Positions 45,032-55,429 are shown, counted from the stretch's first letter. The stretch: DNA of 64,000 bases from an uncultured virus (IMG/VR IMGVR_UViG_3300021387_003647) (IMGVR_UViG_3300021387_003647); one strand, 5' to 3'. Notes: generated from the letters alone by a model not told the origin. Program-made: numbers and translations.

Positions 45032-45727
45032 TTAACTTCTGAGGTTCTCGAAACCGCGTTCTTCAACGTATTCGTACATAAAATCGACGAGTTTGCTTTT
45101 CGCTTCAGCAGTCAATATAGAGGCAGCGTCCACCATCGTGCCGTTATCAGCACAGATATAACACTCGGTCAACTTACAATGGTCAATATCTGCTCCTTCA
45201 GTTTCCGGACCAGTAATATCATTATAGTCAGTCCATCCCTCGTGATAGTCGTATGTCATACCGAGCGCGATATACCAATAATAGTCAGTATCAGTAAAGA
45301 TGCGGAATGCTTCGTCCGGGTCAACACCGGGAATGCTATAGAACTCTTCTGGCCAGTCGAATAACGTATGTGAGACGCTGACCCACCGATAATGGTCAAC
45401 TACTTTCTCTGTAAGTTCAACTTTCTCCAAGTCTCCGGTTTCATCATCGTGATAAGACTGACACCAAACCAATACATTGAACGAAGCATAGCCCTCTCCG
45501 GCATTCGGCATATCATCAATTGCGAGAATATCCATATCGAGCATGATTAGCAACATTTCAGAGAACTGCTCTCCCGTCAAAGTGACTTCTGCACCGAATT
45601 CAGTATGGATAGTAATACTGTCGTTAGCAACAGTGCCGATAGAAGAAGACTATTCTTCCTTGAGTATCTACTGCTCCATCAGTCGCTGTTGCTGAATCTG
45701 CCGTTGTATGTCTTTTGTGAATTCCAT
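45032..45727 (-). CDS. Acidic hypothetical protein, 231 aa, TAG at 45668 and 45650
   Basis: MEFTKDIQRQIQQQRLMEQ(Q)ILKEE(Q)SSS in frame with the 182-aa ORF. Confidence 0.75.
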
Positions 45728-45734
45728 GTCTTAT

Positions 45735-46598
45735 TTATGCCTGCTGCTGTTCAGCCTCAATCGCTTTCAGTAGTTTACGTTTCTGAATAGCGAAATCAAC
45801 AATCGCATTCAGTGTCTTCGAAGAATAAGGAACTTTCTCAGTATAGATGATATAGTTCTTTCCGCTTGGCTGTACCGGACCTTTCTGCAAGTTCACAATC
45901 GCACAGACTACATCTGTGTCTTCAGCCAGACCGTAGGTGTTTACCAGTGCATTCTTGTAAGTTTGCACCTGGATGCTGTACTTCGATATGTCACAGTCGT
46001 CATAGACGAATGCCGGACCCATCATCGTCTGACCACCGAACGACTTCGTCTTGATTTCATCTGTTGTCTTCCAGTCTACGATAAACAACTTGTTCGTCAC
46101 TGTACTCTGTCCGAGCCAGTCAATACGGCCCGTCACTACATTGCCTTGGGGAGTCTCCACATAAACCGTAATCTCCCGACCCACAAACTGATACTGATAG
46201 GGAGTAAGGTCGTTCCAGAACTGGTCCAGGCCGAGACAATTAGCCCGCAACCGCTCATCATAGTCGAAGTTGTTATCCATCTTCCACAGCATCATCGAAT
46301 TCTCTGTACCACAGAACTTCTGTTCAGAGTAGTCGTCGAGCAATCGTCCGTAACGCTTCGACTCTTCTGCCTTTGCTTCCCACTGAGCAATAATCTGCTC
46401 AGCAGTCATACCAGCATACTTGTAGTTCGGGTCTGTTGCACCTTTCTCAGCACACTTCTTTGCCTGGCCTTCTTTATCGAACGGTTTCGAAATAAAGTCA
46501 GACAGTTTCGATACTGAGATAATCGACTGTCCGTTCATTTCCTTGAAGCGAGTCTCGTTCACTTCATTGATTCGCTGTATAATCTCTTGTTGTGTCAT
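45735..46598 (-). CDS. PD-(D/E)xK exonuclease-like protein
   Basis: GRID...IVDWKT...YSIQVQTY motifs; start MTQQE at 46598. Confidence 0.82.
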   Translation of the reverse strand: MTQQEIIQRINEVNETRFKEMNGQSIISVSKLSDFISKPFDKEGQAKKCAEKGATDPNYKYAGMTAEQIIAQWEAKAEESKRYGRLLDDYSEQKFCGTENSMMLWKMDNNFDYDERLRANCLGLDQFWNDLTPYQYQFVGREITVYVETPQGNVVTGRIDWLGQSTVTNKLFIVDWKTTDEIKTKSFGGQTMMGPAFVYDDCDISKYSIQVQTYKNALVNTYGLAEDTDVVCAIVNLQKGPVQPSGKNYIIYTEKVPYSSKTLNAIVDFAIQKRKLLKAIEAEQQQA

Positions 46599-46600
46599 CT

Positions 46601-47065
46601 TTAAAATAATGTATTTTGTTCTATAATTGTACTCTCTTTCTTCTCCGGTGTCTTTTTCTTGGGATAGTCCGGATATTCCTCGATATTTAATCCCGAGATT
46701 CGTTCGTTCAACCACTCAGCCAGAATATGCCGGTGACAGAAGTCTTCCGGACGTTCGTAACAAAGGAGTGCAATATCGCGGTTGTCTTCCTGACTGGAGA
46801 AATACTTCAGTAGGTTGACAAGATATTCCGGATGAAACCGGTAAGCACACAACACTTCGTTGATGTATCGCTGCTTGTAACGTTCTTCATCTGCCGGAGT
46901 ATGTTCCGACTTCTTGATTTCTGCCAGTATCGAGTTCGTCGGAGCCACTGACTCGATGTTCGGACCCTTGAAGAATGTCGGCACTTTATTGCATATCGAC
47001 ACACAATAGAGCCCGGCTTCTTCCAGTGTCTTCAGGTTTGCAAAATAACTAGTGTATATTCTCAT
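46601..47065 (-). CDS. DUF488-like protein
   Basis: IYTSYF...LLCYERPEDFCHRHILAEWL. Confidence 0.8.
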   Translation of the reverse strand: MRIYTSYFANLKTLEEAGLYCVSICNKVPTFFKGPNIESVAPTNSILAEIKKSEHTPADEERYKQRYINEVLCAYRFHPEYLVNLLKYFSSQEDNRDIALLCYERPEDFCHRHILAEWLNERISGLNIEEYPDYPKKKTPEKKESTIIEQNTLF

Positions 47066-47478
47066 TGTTTTCTTCGTTCGTAAAATTCTTCTTTTGCTTT
47101 CTCAAATATTTCTTCCCAGAGTTCTTTATCCTTGTGATATTGCTCAAATGCTTTTTCGAGGACTTTTTCTACTTCATCAACAGTCCCGTCAATGAAGTGT
47201 GCTACATTCTTCTTATAATATTCGTCCCACACATACAGAACACAGAATTCTGTCTTTGGTCGGACTACTGCCGGCCAGTCATCATCGTATTTTGACATCT
47301 GTTCGAACTTAATACATCTACTGATGTCCGATAGTTCGAAATGAGTATCACTTGACAGAGACGGACGATATGTTTCTCCGTCTGATGTCCCACTTGTAAG
47401 ATTCCACTCAGGCAATATGACGCTTGCGTGAAAATCCGAGAACATATATGGTTTACTGTAACGTTGTACTATTTTCAT
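47062..47478 (-). CDS. Hypothetical protein, 138 aa; start codon lies in the tnpB element right end
   Basis: MKIVQ is encoded by the shared ATGAAAATAGTACAA. Confidence 0.7.
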   Translation of the reverse strand: MKIVQRYSKPYMFSDFHASVILPEWNLTSGTSDGETYRPSLSSDTHFELSDISRCIKFEQMSKYDDDWPAVVRPKTEFCVLYVWDEYYKKNVAHFIDGTVDEVEKVLEKAFEQYHKDKELWEEIFEKAKEEFYERRKQ

Positions 47479-48974
47479 AAAATTTATAAATTCTAATTAA
47501 ATCTATAAATTATACTACTCATTTCGTGCTCTGTCTGTTCTACGGATTTTTAAATCCTCGAACATTCAGAACACATGGTGATACAACGTCACCTCTATCC
47601 AGTAAACTGACCAAGTCAGTATTCTGTATTACATTTGCTTTTCGCAATATCCCGACTGCACCGTTGCAGTCGGCATTCAACAATTTTCCAATTGATGATT
47701 TGAATAGACCACGTTTTGTTCTCTTTCCTAAGTATGAATCGTGATGTTCCATCACTTCTCCAGCCAAGTGGTCACACTTCGAAGTGTAACTCTCTTCCAC
47801 TTCAATGAATTCTATTCCGGCTTCTTCAAGTTTATATTTCAACTTAAATATAAATTCAGAATGTGGAATTGAACAGAATAATCGATTGTTTTCTTTTCCA
47901 ATATTCGATTCATTCTTCCAGAATTCATTATGACCTATAATAACTTTACCTATACCATTCTCTAAGCAATAATCTCTTATCATACTGCTCACATTATGAA
48001 TATAGTTGAATTTATAATTATTATAGTTGAAGAGAATTCTATTCATTCTCCTTGATAGTTTCACTTGTTTTAATAACCCATCTTTACGAGAAACTTTAAT
48101 TAGTTCTTTGTTTTTCGATGTCAAGATACAAGACTATAGATAAGCCATTGAGTTATTTGTCTCATTGATTTTTTGTTTCAATTCGCTGCCGCGAATGATG
48201 AAAGAATCTTCTTTGTCTAAACCAAACGTCACACAAGTCACTAAATTTTTGACTCCTAAATCGATTCCCAAAGTTTTATCTTTTAAAACAACTGGTTGTG
48301 ATTTGACTTTATTTTCTCTTAACTCATCAATATATTTTAAATTCTAATCATATATAAATGTAATCTTGAACTTATAATCATTTATAAATCTGATTTTAAG
48401 CATTACAATCCATTCTTTCTTTAGATTAGACGGAATTGTAATTTCATAATTCGTTCGAGGAATACCGATTTTATTTTCATTAGATACTTTCTTTCGAAAT
48501 CTTGTTTTATCTATTGAGACTATATTATGTGTTTTCTTTCTATATTTGTATTTAGGCATTTTGGGTTCACCTGTGTATTTTTCTGGGTGAACTCTGTAGT
48601 CTTTCTTTGTCTTAATCCAACCAAACCAGTTATCATATGCTTGACTAATGCATTGTTTCTTCACATTAATATCTAATTTAGAATTCTGAAATGCATTAGT
48701 TGGGTTAACTAAATCAAACAAATCAAATTTTGATGGATATTTCGGGATTTCAGACCAATTTAAATCTCTGCATCTGAAATATTCTTGACGAAGGAAATAC
48801 AGTCCCTAATCATAGAGCGAAACAGAATCTACGGTCATATCGTTTAACCGCTCATCGTAATTGACAAACGTGTGAACTGAACGGAGAAACTGATTATTCT
48901 TGCTCATATACTATTTATCATAGAATTTCACAAAGTTGAATCATTATATTTTATTTACTAACTTAAATATATTC
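47464..48974 (-). mobile_element. tnpB-only element, copy B
   Basis: Highly similar to 33259-34762 along its length. Confidence 0.85.
47519..48907 (-). CDS. tnpB: TnpB, 462 aa, 4 in-frame TAG (48806, 48344, 48134, 47540)
   Basis: Same RuvC motifs as copy A; TGA at 47519. Confidence 0.9.
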
Positions 48975-49042
48975 ATCGAATAAAGAAGAGCAGTTCTGAA
49001 TCTCTCAAAAACTGCTCTTCTTCTTTGTGTTGTACGTTTCGT

Positions 49043-49582
49043 TTAACCGTTTCCGGCGGGAATGTCATCACCACCAGAGTTGTTCGAACCGGTTGATGTG
49101 TCAACAGTTCCAGTCGATGTGTCAACGGTCTGATGCTCTGTGTTCTCAGAATCTCCGGCTGCTTCCTCTGTAGTCTGCTTGTCTTTGTCTTTCTTCGAAG
49201 CCCATACAAGTGTTGCTCCGTGAACACCACTTAAGATTTCTTCAGATGGCTTGTAATTTACATTCGTGTGTAAATCTTCCAACTTCAAATCTTCTGGGTC
49301 AGTCTTCCACTTGCTTCGAACTGTCGGATAGATCTTCCCCAACGGACCCAAATCGATAATCTTACCGTTTTGAAGGCCTCGTTTAGCAGCATCTAAGGCT
49401 AATTCTAGATTCATCTTCACTTCTGCTTTATGAGCAGATGTGTTTAAAGATGCTTCTTCAGCCAGGTCATCGAGTTTCATCGTACCGTTTGTCAATGCAC
49501 GGCAAATGTAACCGAGAGTCTTGACTCCATTCACAATTTGATAGAGTCTTTGTCTAACAATTGAAAACTTTGACTTTTCCAT
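49043..49582 (-). CDS. HU-related DNA-binding protein (Bacteroidota extended HU type) with acidic/Gly tail
   Basis: LDDLAEE...KAEVK...LQNGKIIDLGPLGKIYPT...VNYKPS. Confidence 0.8.
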   Translation of the reverse strand: MEKSKFSIVRQRLYQIVNGVKTLGYICRALTNGTMKLDDLAEEASLNTSAHKAEVKMNLELALDAAKRGLQNGKIIDLGPLGKIYPTVRSKWKTDPEDLKLEDLHTNVNYKPSEEILSGVHGATLVWASKKDKDKQTTEEAAGDSENTEHQTVDTSTGTVDTSTGSNNSGGDDIPAGNG

Positions 49583-49762
49583 TTTCAAATATATTTTATT
49601 AATTTTATAAAAGCAACTTTTTTAAAAAGTTGCACAACTTTTTGAAAAAGTTGCACAAATCTGTTTTTTATGTGTTCATAATTATTTATCATCGACTTAT
49701 TGAAAAAACGTTCAGTAGAACGTTAAAATTTTTAAAAAATTTGCATTTTTCTTGGAAAAAGT

Positions 49763-49793
49763 ATTGTTTGTTCAAAATTTCTTTGTATTTTTG
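49763..49793 (+). promoter_or_regulatory. Bacteroidota-type promoter ATTG-N19-TATTTTTG
   Basis: -33/-7 consensus. Confidence 0.6.
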
Positions 49794-49816
49794 CAGCGAA
49801 TTTAAAATTTATAATT

Positions 49817-50473
49817 ATGAATAAAGAAAAAGAAATCACATCAAGCATTATTACTAATGATGCATTCATCACAAATGATGAAGCAAAGAAAGAGTCTGAA
49901 CTTATATTTCTTGATTTAACTGATAAATCATATAATAATGTTAAAACGATTAATGGGAGTATGAAAATATTTAAAATGAAGCAATTCCCATCAATAAAAT
50001 CTCTTCCGTCTCATTTCCATTCATCTTGGGAATATCTATATGCTATTGAAATAGATAATGGGAAATTTCTGAAAATCGGTTATTCAAAAACGCCAAAGCA
50101 TCGTTTAAATACGCATAATAATAGTCCTAAGTCTATATTAGCGAATAGATGTAATAGAGTTGCAATTATCGGCCCCATCCGAGATGGAATTAATACAGAA
50201 CAAATTATTCACGAATATATGGGAGGATTTTACGCAAAAGAAGATTTTCCATCATCAAATGAAATATATTCTCTTGATAAAGTTATATCTTTCGATAATA
50301 ATAAAACGAAAAAATCAAACAATTTATTTGATTTATTTTGCGGAACAACAAATATACAAGATATAGATAATTCTGGTGGGATATTTGGTTTAATACAAAC
50401 ATTATATAATTGGAATAGTCAATATTCATGTAAATATGATCAAGATTTGATTATTCCGAAAGTGAAATATTAA
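49817..50473 (+). CDS. GIY-YIG/T5orf172-like nuclease domain protein
   Basis: YLYAI...LKIGYSKTPKHRL...EQIIH; AT-rich. Confidence 0.7.
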   Translation: MNKEKEITSSIITNDAFITNDEAKKESELIFLDLTDKSYNNVKTINGSMKIFKMKQFPSIKSLPSHFHSSWEYLYAIEIDNGKFLKIGYSKTPKHRLNTHNNSPKSILANRCNRVAIIGPIRDGINTEQIIHEYMGGFYAKEDFPSSNEIYSLDKVISFDNNKTKKSNNLFDLFCGTTNIQDIDNSGGIFGLIQTLYNWNSQYSCKYDQDLIIPKVKY

Positions 50474-50480
50474 CGCAAAA

Positions 50481-50501
50481 GAGCACTCAACCAGAGTGCT
50501 C
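50481..50501. terminator. GAGCACTC-AACCN-GAGTGCTC hairpin; near-identical copies at 51012-51032 and 52176-52196, variant at 62428-62450
   Basis: Perfect 8-bp stems with flanking A/T tracts at gene ends. Confidence 0.8.
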
Positions 50502-50505
50502 TTGT

Positions 50506-50925
50506 TTATTGTCTGCACATTTGCTGTGTTGCAAAACATTTTGTTCCACTAAAGAATGTATCAAGGACTTCTTTGAATATATCATCTGGAGATGCTGCAT
50601 CAAATAACGTCATTGATGAACGTAGTTTCATTGCATCTAGTGAACCCATAATGTCATTGATGTCTTTGCCTTTATGCTCCAGCAGTTCTGTAAGTATTTC
50701 TCTCATTCGTTTATTGAGCGTCTCATTCTTTAAGAATGCTTTCGCTTCATCAAGTCCAGACATTCCGTAATAGACAGAGATGCCTGACCGGGAGAGAATC
50801 TCCAGTTGCGGGTAAATAAACCAAATCCAATGGCTCTGTTTCTTTCCATTCTTAATTTCATTGAGTGCAACTTCATAATCGTTGAACTCTTCTTGTGCCT
50901 GAATAAATCGTTCGATGTTTTTCAT
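50506..50925 (-). CDS. DUF1810-family protein
   Basis: RFIQAQ..YEVALNEIKNGKKQSHWIWFIYPQ...DAMKLRSSMTLF. Confidence 0.88.
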   Translation of the reverse strand: MKNIERFIQAQEEFNDYEVALNEIKNGKKQSHWIWFIYPQLEILSRSGISVYYGMSGLDEAKAFLKNETLNKRMREILTELLEHKGKDINDIMGSLDAMKLRSSMTLFDAASPDDIFKEVLDTFFSGTKCFATQQMCRQ

Positions 50926-51017
50926 TTCTCTAATTTCTTAATTCGTTTTGGTTATTTATTAAAAAGATTCTGAAAATCACAGTCCAGCCATCAAATTTTT
51001 TCAAAATAAAAGAGCAC

Positions 51018-51224
51018 TCAACCTGAGTGCTCTTCTGTTTCTAAGTTAATAGACATATTCAAATCGTATTCAGATTCTGAAATTAACAGAGTATCTAGTT
51101 CATCTGCTATATCAAGAATCTATTTCTATAATTCTCGAACTCTCTCTGCTTTCGGTCCGGTAATATCAGAATACATATCCAGGTTCCGAGCATTCTCTCT
51201 TAGTATTGTTGTAAAACTCTTCAT
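51018..51224 (-). CDS. Small coiled-coil protein, 68 aa, 2 TAG; absent from ORF track
   Basis: RVREL(Q)K(Q)ILDIADELD; GAAACT-N17-TATAAT upstream. Confidence 0.65.
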
Positions 51225-51344
51225 ATATATTATACTCACGAAACGAAATAAAGTTTCTGAGGAAATTTCCGAATACAAGTAATTTATTATTCTGTTAAGA
51301 AATCGAAAAATTTTCGTATTCGTGAAAAATTTCTTCGAAAAAGT

Positions 51345-51375
51345 TTTGTCGGTTCAAAAATAATATGTACCTTTG
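51345..51375 (+). promoter_or_regulatory. Bacteroidota-type promoter TTTG-N19-TACCTTTG
   Basis: Consensus match; near-duplicate at 53323-53353. Confidence 0.8.
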
Positions 51376-51400
51376 CACCAGAAACGAATAATATACAAAT

Positions 51401-52174
51401 ATGAAGAAAGATTATTTTGACAGTATTACTGTACAAGACATTGATTCAGATGACTCAATAATCATCACGGATGAAGTCGAAGATGAATACATCGATAAGC
51501 ATTATGATTTTTGTGCTTACTTCGGTGCTTCATTCTACGGATATTCTCGTAATGATGTTCCGGGTATTCGGTCGATTCAGAACATTGTCGATGAATTTAT
51601 GAAAACGTACAGACGTTTGAAGCATATCACAACTGAATGTACTTTCGAAGATACGCTCTTTACGTATCCGAAGATTATCAATAACTTTAGTCATCTCCTG
51701 CCAAGTGACTTATATGTTAAAGATATTACACAGTCAAAATATAATAAAAACTTTGGGAAATTCGAAGACTTCCCTATCTGTTTTGTTGTCCGCTTCAATA
51801 TTTTTAACGATTTCCGTACATTAATGGCAATATTCCGTGCTGTCTCTTTGTTCTATAAGGATGATTCATCTTGTACGACCAGACTGTTTGAAAATAACGA
51901 AACAGAACTCGGTTATAATGTTCCGCCATACAATGAGAGACTTTCAGCAGAAGAAGCACTTAATAACAAAACTCTTATTTACCGTATGTCAAAAAGTATA
52001 ATTGAGCGTAAATTCCTTCACGATATGACAATTGATGATATTTACGACAAGTATGTGGAGTATTATAATTTCATCAAGAAAGCCGAACAAAAGAAAGAGA
52101 AAAAGAAGTTGTTCGACTTATCTGATTTTACTATCGGTTACAATAAGAAAAAGAAGATTCGAATGAAAGCATAA
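51401..52174 (+). CDS. Hypothetical protein, 257 aa, acidic N-terminus (KDYFD)
   Basis: ORF between promoter and terminator. Confidence 0.8.
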   Translation: MKKDYFDSITVQDIDSDDSIIITDEVEDEYIDKHYDFCAYFGASFYGYSRNDVPGIRSIQNIVDEFMKTYRRLKHITTECTFEDTLFTYPKIINNFSHLLPSDLYVKDITQSKYNKNFGKFEDFPICFVVRFNIFNDFRTLMAIFRAVSLFYKDDSSCTTRLFENNETELGYNVPPYNERLSAEEALNNKTLIYRMSKSIIERKFLHDMTIDDIYDKYVEYYNFIKKAEQKKEKKKLFDLSDFTIGYNKKKKIRMKA

Positions 52175-52203
52175 AGAGCACTCAACCCGAGTGCTCTTCT
52201 TTA

Positions 52204-53145
52204 TTAAAACATTCTTGATTCTTCTTCCCGGAGAATCAGATAGTCAGCGGGTATCGGAATGTTCAGATACATACAACTCTGTGCATTCGGGTCCCAATAT
52301 ACTTTGACATTCTCTGGGAGTTTCCCGGTATTCAGTTCAAACACATCGAAGTATCCTGACCAGTCCGGATGTTTCTTCTTCGTAGAACGGGCAACACTCT
52401 TCATCATTTTAGTCATCTTTTCCGGCAGCACGAACGGGTCAATATGTATATCGAATGTTTTCTTGGCAGCATAGAAGAAGACTCGTTTGTCGGGGTAAGT
52501 GTAAGTACGTCCGCCGTGAGACGGCAACAGTCCGTTTTCAAGAATAGAGTCACGGTTGAACTCCGGAGTATAGTGCAGCAAATAGAACATTGACAGTCGG
52601 TGACGAATGTCTTCCATACCACGCGGGTCCGGATTGTATATCACGAACCACCACTGCCGACCGTTTTCGTCAGTCTTCTTCTGTTGGCGGACACGGATAT
52701 ACCCGTACTCTTTCATCAAATCGTCAACGATGCGTATGTTCATATAAACATCCGGGACATACGAAAACACAGGCTGAATCCAGAATTCCGGAATATCATC
52801 TATCTCAATACTCTTGATGCCGTTGTTATCTACAGTCTTGAACTGGCTAAGTTTCATATCCGGAATCGAACCGTTGGTAATACGCTCAATCGTGTACTTT
52901 ACTGGATAGACCGTGACTTTCTGCTTGCTGTTTTCATTAAGAGACTGTTCTTCTGATTCTTTCAGCGCCTGCTCAACAGACATATCATCTTCATCATCGA
53001 TGAATGCAACGTGAGTCATATACGATTGTGTATATGACTGGTACATCTTGTCACGCAATGTCTTCAGCACACTATTAATGTCAAAGTGCTCGAACAAATC
53101 GTTCAGTGCCTGACAGTACGGGGAATTGATTCGTAGTTCTTCCAT
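52204..53145 (-). CDS. Putative ADP-ribosyltransferase-fold protein, 313 aa
   Basis: LLHYT...SILENGLLP...RVFF pattern of ART/Tpt1-like folds. Confidence 0.6.
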   Translation of the reverse strand: MEELRINSPYCQALNDLFEHFDINSVLKTLRDKMYQSYTQSYMTHVAFIDDEDDMSVEQALKESEEQSLNENSKQKVTVYPVKYTIERITNGSIPDMKLSQFKTVDNNGIKSIEIDDIPEFWIQPVFSYVPDVYMNIRIVDDLMKEYGYIRVRQQKKTDENGRQWWFVIYNPDPRGMEDIRHRLSMFYLLHYTPEFNRDSILENGLLPSHGGRTYTYPDKRVFFYAAKKTFDIHIDPFVLPEKMTKMMKSVARSTKKKHPDWSGYFDVFELNTGKLPENVKVYWDPNAQSCMYLNIPIPADYLILREEESRMF

Positions 53146-53173
53146 ATTCTTTAATTTTTAATCGTTTTGTTTG

Positions 53174-53205
53174 CAAAGGTACGAATAATTTTCTACCCAT
53201 ACAAA
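53174..53205 (-). promoter_or_regulatory. Bacteroidota-type promoter TTTG-N20-TACCTTTG
   Basis: Consensus match. Confidence 0.75.
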
Positions 53206-53322
53206 CATTTTACTGAAAAATTTTTGGAAATTCCAGACTTTAACACTAATTAGGTAAACGAAGCATTCAAACATCCAGGAAATGTTAAAAATGTTAATTA
53301 CGGAATTTTCCTTCGAAAAAGT

Positions 53323-53353
53323 TTTGCCGGTTCAAAAATAATGTGTACCTTTG
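53323..53353 (+). promoter_or_regulatory. Bacteroidota-type promoter TTTG-N19-TACCTTTG
   Basis: Consensus match. Confidence 0.8.
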
Positions 53354-53381
53354 CGGCAGAAATTTTAATATATTAGAAGTT

Positions 53382-53651
53382 ATGATGCTAGAATATGTAC
53401 ATAATCACGGAAAGAGCCGGTTCGTGCAGTTGGATGATACTGCATACGACGAGCCGATGTATATCCGTCAGATAAAGGACGGCGGATTCTTCAGCAGCAG
53501 TTGGAAGACTGTTGTGAAGAAAGGAACAAAGACTGCTATTACGTTCACTGAGCAGGAAGTGAAGAATGCCTGGGTGGGCAGTGCCATGGAGTTTGTCCCT
53601 ATCGGCGACGGCTCGACAGAATGGAAATGGCTGGAGTATGACTTAATCTGA
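53382..53651 (+). CDS. Hypothetical protein, ~89 aa
   Basis: ATG at 53382 after the promoter. Confidence 0.7.
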   Translation: MMLEYVHNHGKSRFVQLDDTAYDEPMYIRQIKDGGFFSSSWKTVVKKGTKTAITFTEQEVKNAWVGSAMEFVPIGDGSTEWKWLEYDLI

Positions 53652-54869
53652 ATGGCGATGGGAAACTATAGAGACTGGTTCGACAACCCGGAGAATACCC
53701 GTCAGATGGTAGATGATATTGACCGGGAAGTTGAGAAAACCGTTGAGATTGACATTGACAAACGGGAGAAGACAGCAGAGGAAGCTGAATTCCGGAATGT
53801 CATTATATTGCAGAATAAGTACAGAGAGAACGAATGCGATAAGGATTGTTACGTCAAGAAGATAGACCATCTGCTGAAGAATACTCCGAGCGTAGAACTG
53901 CGGTCTGTGATTGAGACAGACAATTTCAACGAGACGGATACTATCATTGCGCTGTGGTTCGGTCTCGACTACGAAGACTTTCCAAATGCGACGAGTGTGT
54001 TCCGCTTTCTGTCGAGTCTGGCTTATATCATCGAGCCGCGATGGAATGATGTGAATGCTAAAATACAACAGTCAGAAAACCCATTTAATATTACTATCGG
54101 CAAGCATACTCCATATGACCAGGGTAAAGACTGGCAGCAAGTCACACTGTCTGATTTGAAAATCATCAAGCATGTGATGACCGTGCAAGTTCCGCAGCTT
54201 CAGGCAATCGACATTCAGCGGTTGCACACACTGGTCAGTCTGTTTATGACGGATGAAGCCCAGCGGACATTCACACTGAACGAAGTGCTGGACTTCGAAC
54301 TGAGCAAGAATCTGATTCAGAGGGTATTGTGGCACGGAGACTTCACCGTCACCAACGATTACGAATACTCTACTACGTTCGAATTGGGCGGCAGAAACAG
54401 TGATATGTTCCGCGGCATCAGTCACGAAACGAACCGTTTCATCGAACCGTTGAGTGAAGATGCACTGACACTAATGGACCAGCGGGTGATAGTCCCTGAC
54501 GGTTTCATCAACGACAGCGGTATGCGGATATACATCGATGCACTGAGTGAGCGATGGCTGTCGGCCGACAAAGACCCGGACTGGAACCAGCAAGTCAGTC
54601 AGGGACTGTCCCATATCGTATATGACTATATCTCACGGGGCCGGATGCGTTTCCGCGGTCATCTGACAGAGATAAAGTCAACACCAAGATTGAGTATGCT
54701 TGAACGATTCAGTTCATCGAAACAGCGAGATACTGAGTTGGAAGTTTTCATCGTCTATATCGGAATGATTGAAGATCACGGCCGGCTATATGATGTTTGT
54801 TTATATAAACCAATAATATATTCATGGCACATCACAGAAAGAACCTCTGGAATGCATCACCGATGCTGA
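53652..54869 (+). CDS. Hypothetical protein, 405 aa (RDWFD acidic N-terminus)
   Basis: Long ORF abutting the previous gene. Confidence 0.8.
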   Translation: MAMGNYRDWFDNPENTRQMVDDIDREVEKTVEIDIDKREKTAEEAEFRNVIILQNKYRENECDKDCYVKKIDHLLKNTPSVELRSVIETDNFNETDTIIALWFGLDYEDFPNATSVFRFLSSLAYIIEPRWNDVNAKIQQSENPFNITIGKHTPYDQGKDWQQVTLSDLKIIKHVMTVQVPQLQAIDIQRLHTLVSLFMTDEAQRTFTLNEVLDFELSKNLIQRVLWHGDFTVTNDYEYSTTFELGGRNSDMFRGISHETNRFIEPLSEDALTLMDQRVIVPDGFINDSGMRIYIDALSERWLSADKDPDWNQQVSQGLSHIVYDYISRGRMRFRGHLTEIKSTPRLSMLERFSSSKQRDTELEVFIVYIGMIEDHGRLYDVCLYKPIIYSWHITERTSGMHHRC

Positions 54870-55429
54870 GCATTCCGATGAAAGAACATATCAAAGAAGT
54901 ACAGGAAGAGAAGAGGAAAGTGTTTCTCTATACTGACGGCTCGTATCACTGCAAACTGAAAATCGGTTGTGCAGCATTCGTTGTTGTACATAAAGGCCGG
55001 ATAAAGAAAAAGAATTTTTCTGTGCTTAACCGTGCTGACGGAGTAACAGAAGTGGAACTGATTGCCATTCGCAACGGTCTGGACTATATCTCCAAACGAT
55101 ACGGGAATGTTCCCGTTGTGCTGCATACTGATTCGAAGACTTCAATCCGTTTCATTGAGAGCAATGACGGTCCGAAGAAAAAGAACCGCGCAATATGTCG
55201 CCGTCTGACATCACAAATCAACGAGATTAAGTTGAATGTGGATTATCAGTGGATTAAGGGACATCCGGTCGGCATACACTTGACGAAGCACCATCATTAT
55301 CAGCAGATGTGCGATAAGATGGCAACTTCCGAGATGCGAAAGCGAGCAGAAGAAATCAAGACAGAGCACAACATACAGTACTTCCAGAAAGGATGTACGT
55401 ATGAAACAGCTCCGCGAACTGATTCTTAA
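54863..55429 (+). CDS. rnhA: Ribonuclease HI
   Basis: YTDGS, ELIAI, HTDS, WIKGH, CDKMA catalytic motifs. Confidence 0.88.
   Translation: MLSIPMKEHIKEVQEEKRKVFLYTDGSYHCKLKIGCAAFVVVHKGRIKKKNFSVLNRADGVTEVELIAIRNGLDYISKRYGNVPVVLHTDSKTSIRFIESNDGPKKKNRAICRRLTSQINEIKLNVDYQWIKGHPVGIHLTKHHHYQQMCDKMATSEMRKRAEEIKTEHNIQYFQKGCTYETAPRTDS

Noticed and set aside
45735..46598. Cas4 / CRISPR adaptation gene
   Set aside because: PD-(D/E)xK motifs are present but there is no C-terminal Fe-S cysteine cluster and no cas context
33303..48907. TnpB copies as nonsense-mutated pseudogenes
   Set aside because: All interruptions are in-frame TAG, several shared between copies, with no frameshifts; recoding explains them
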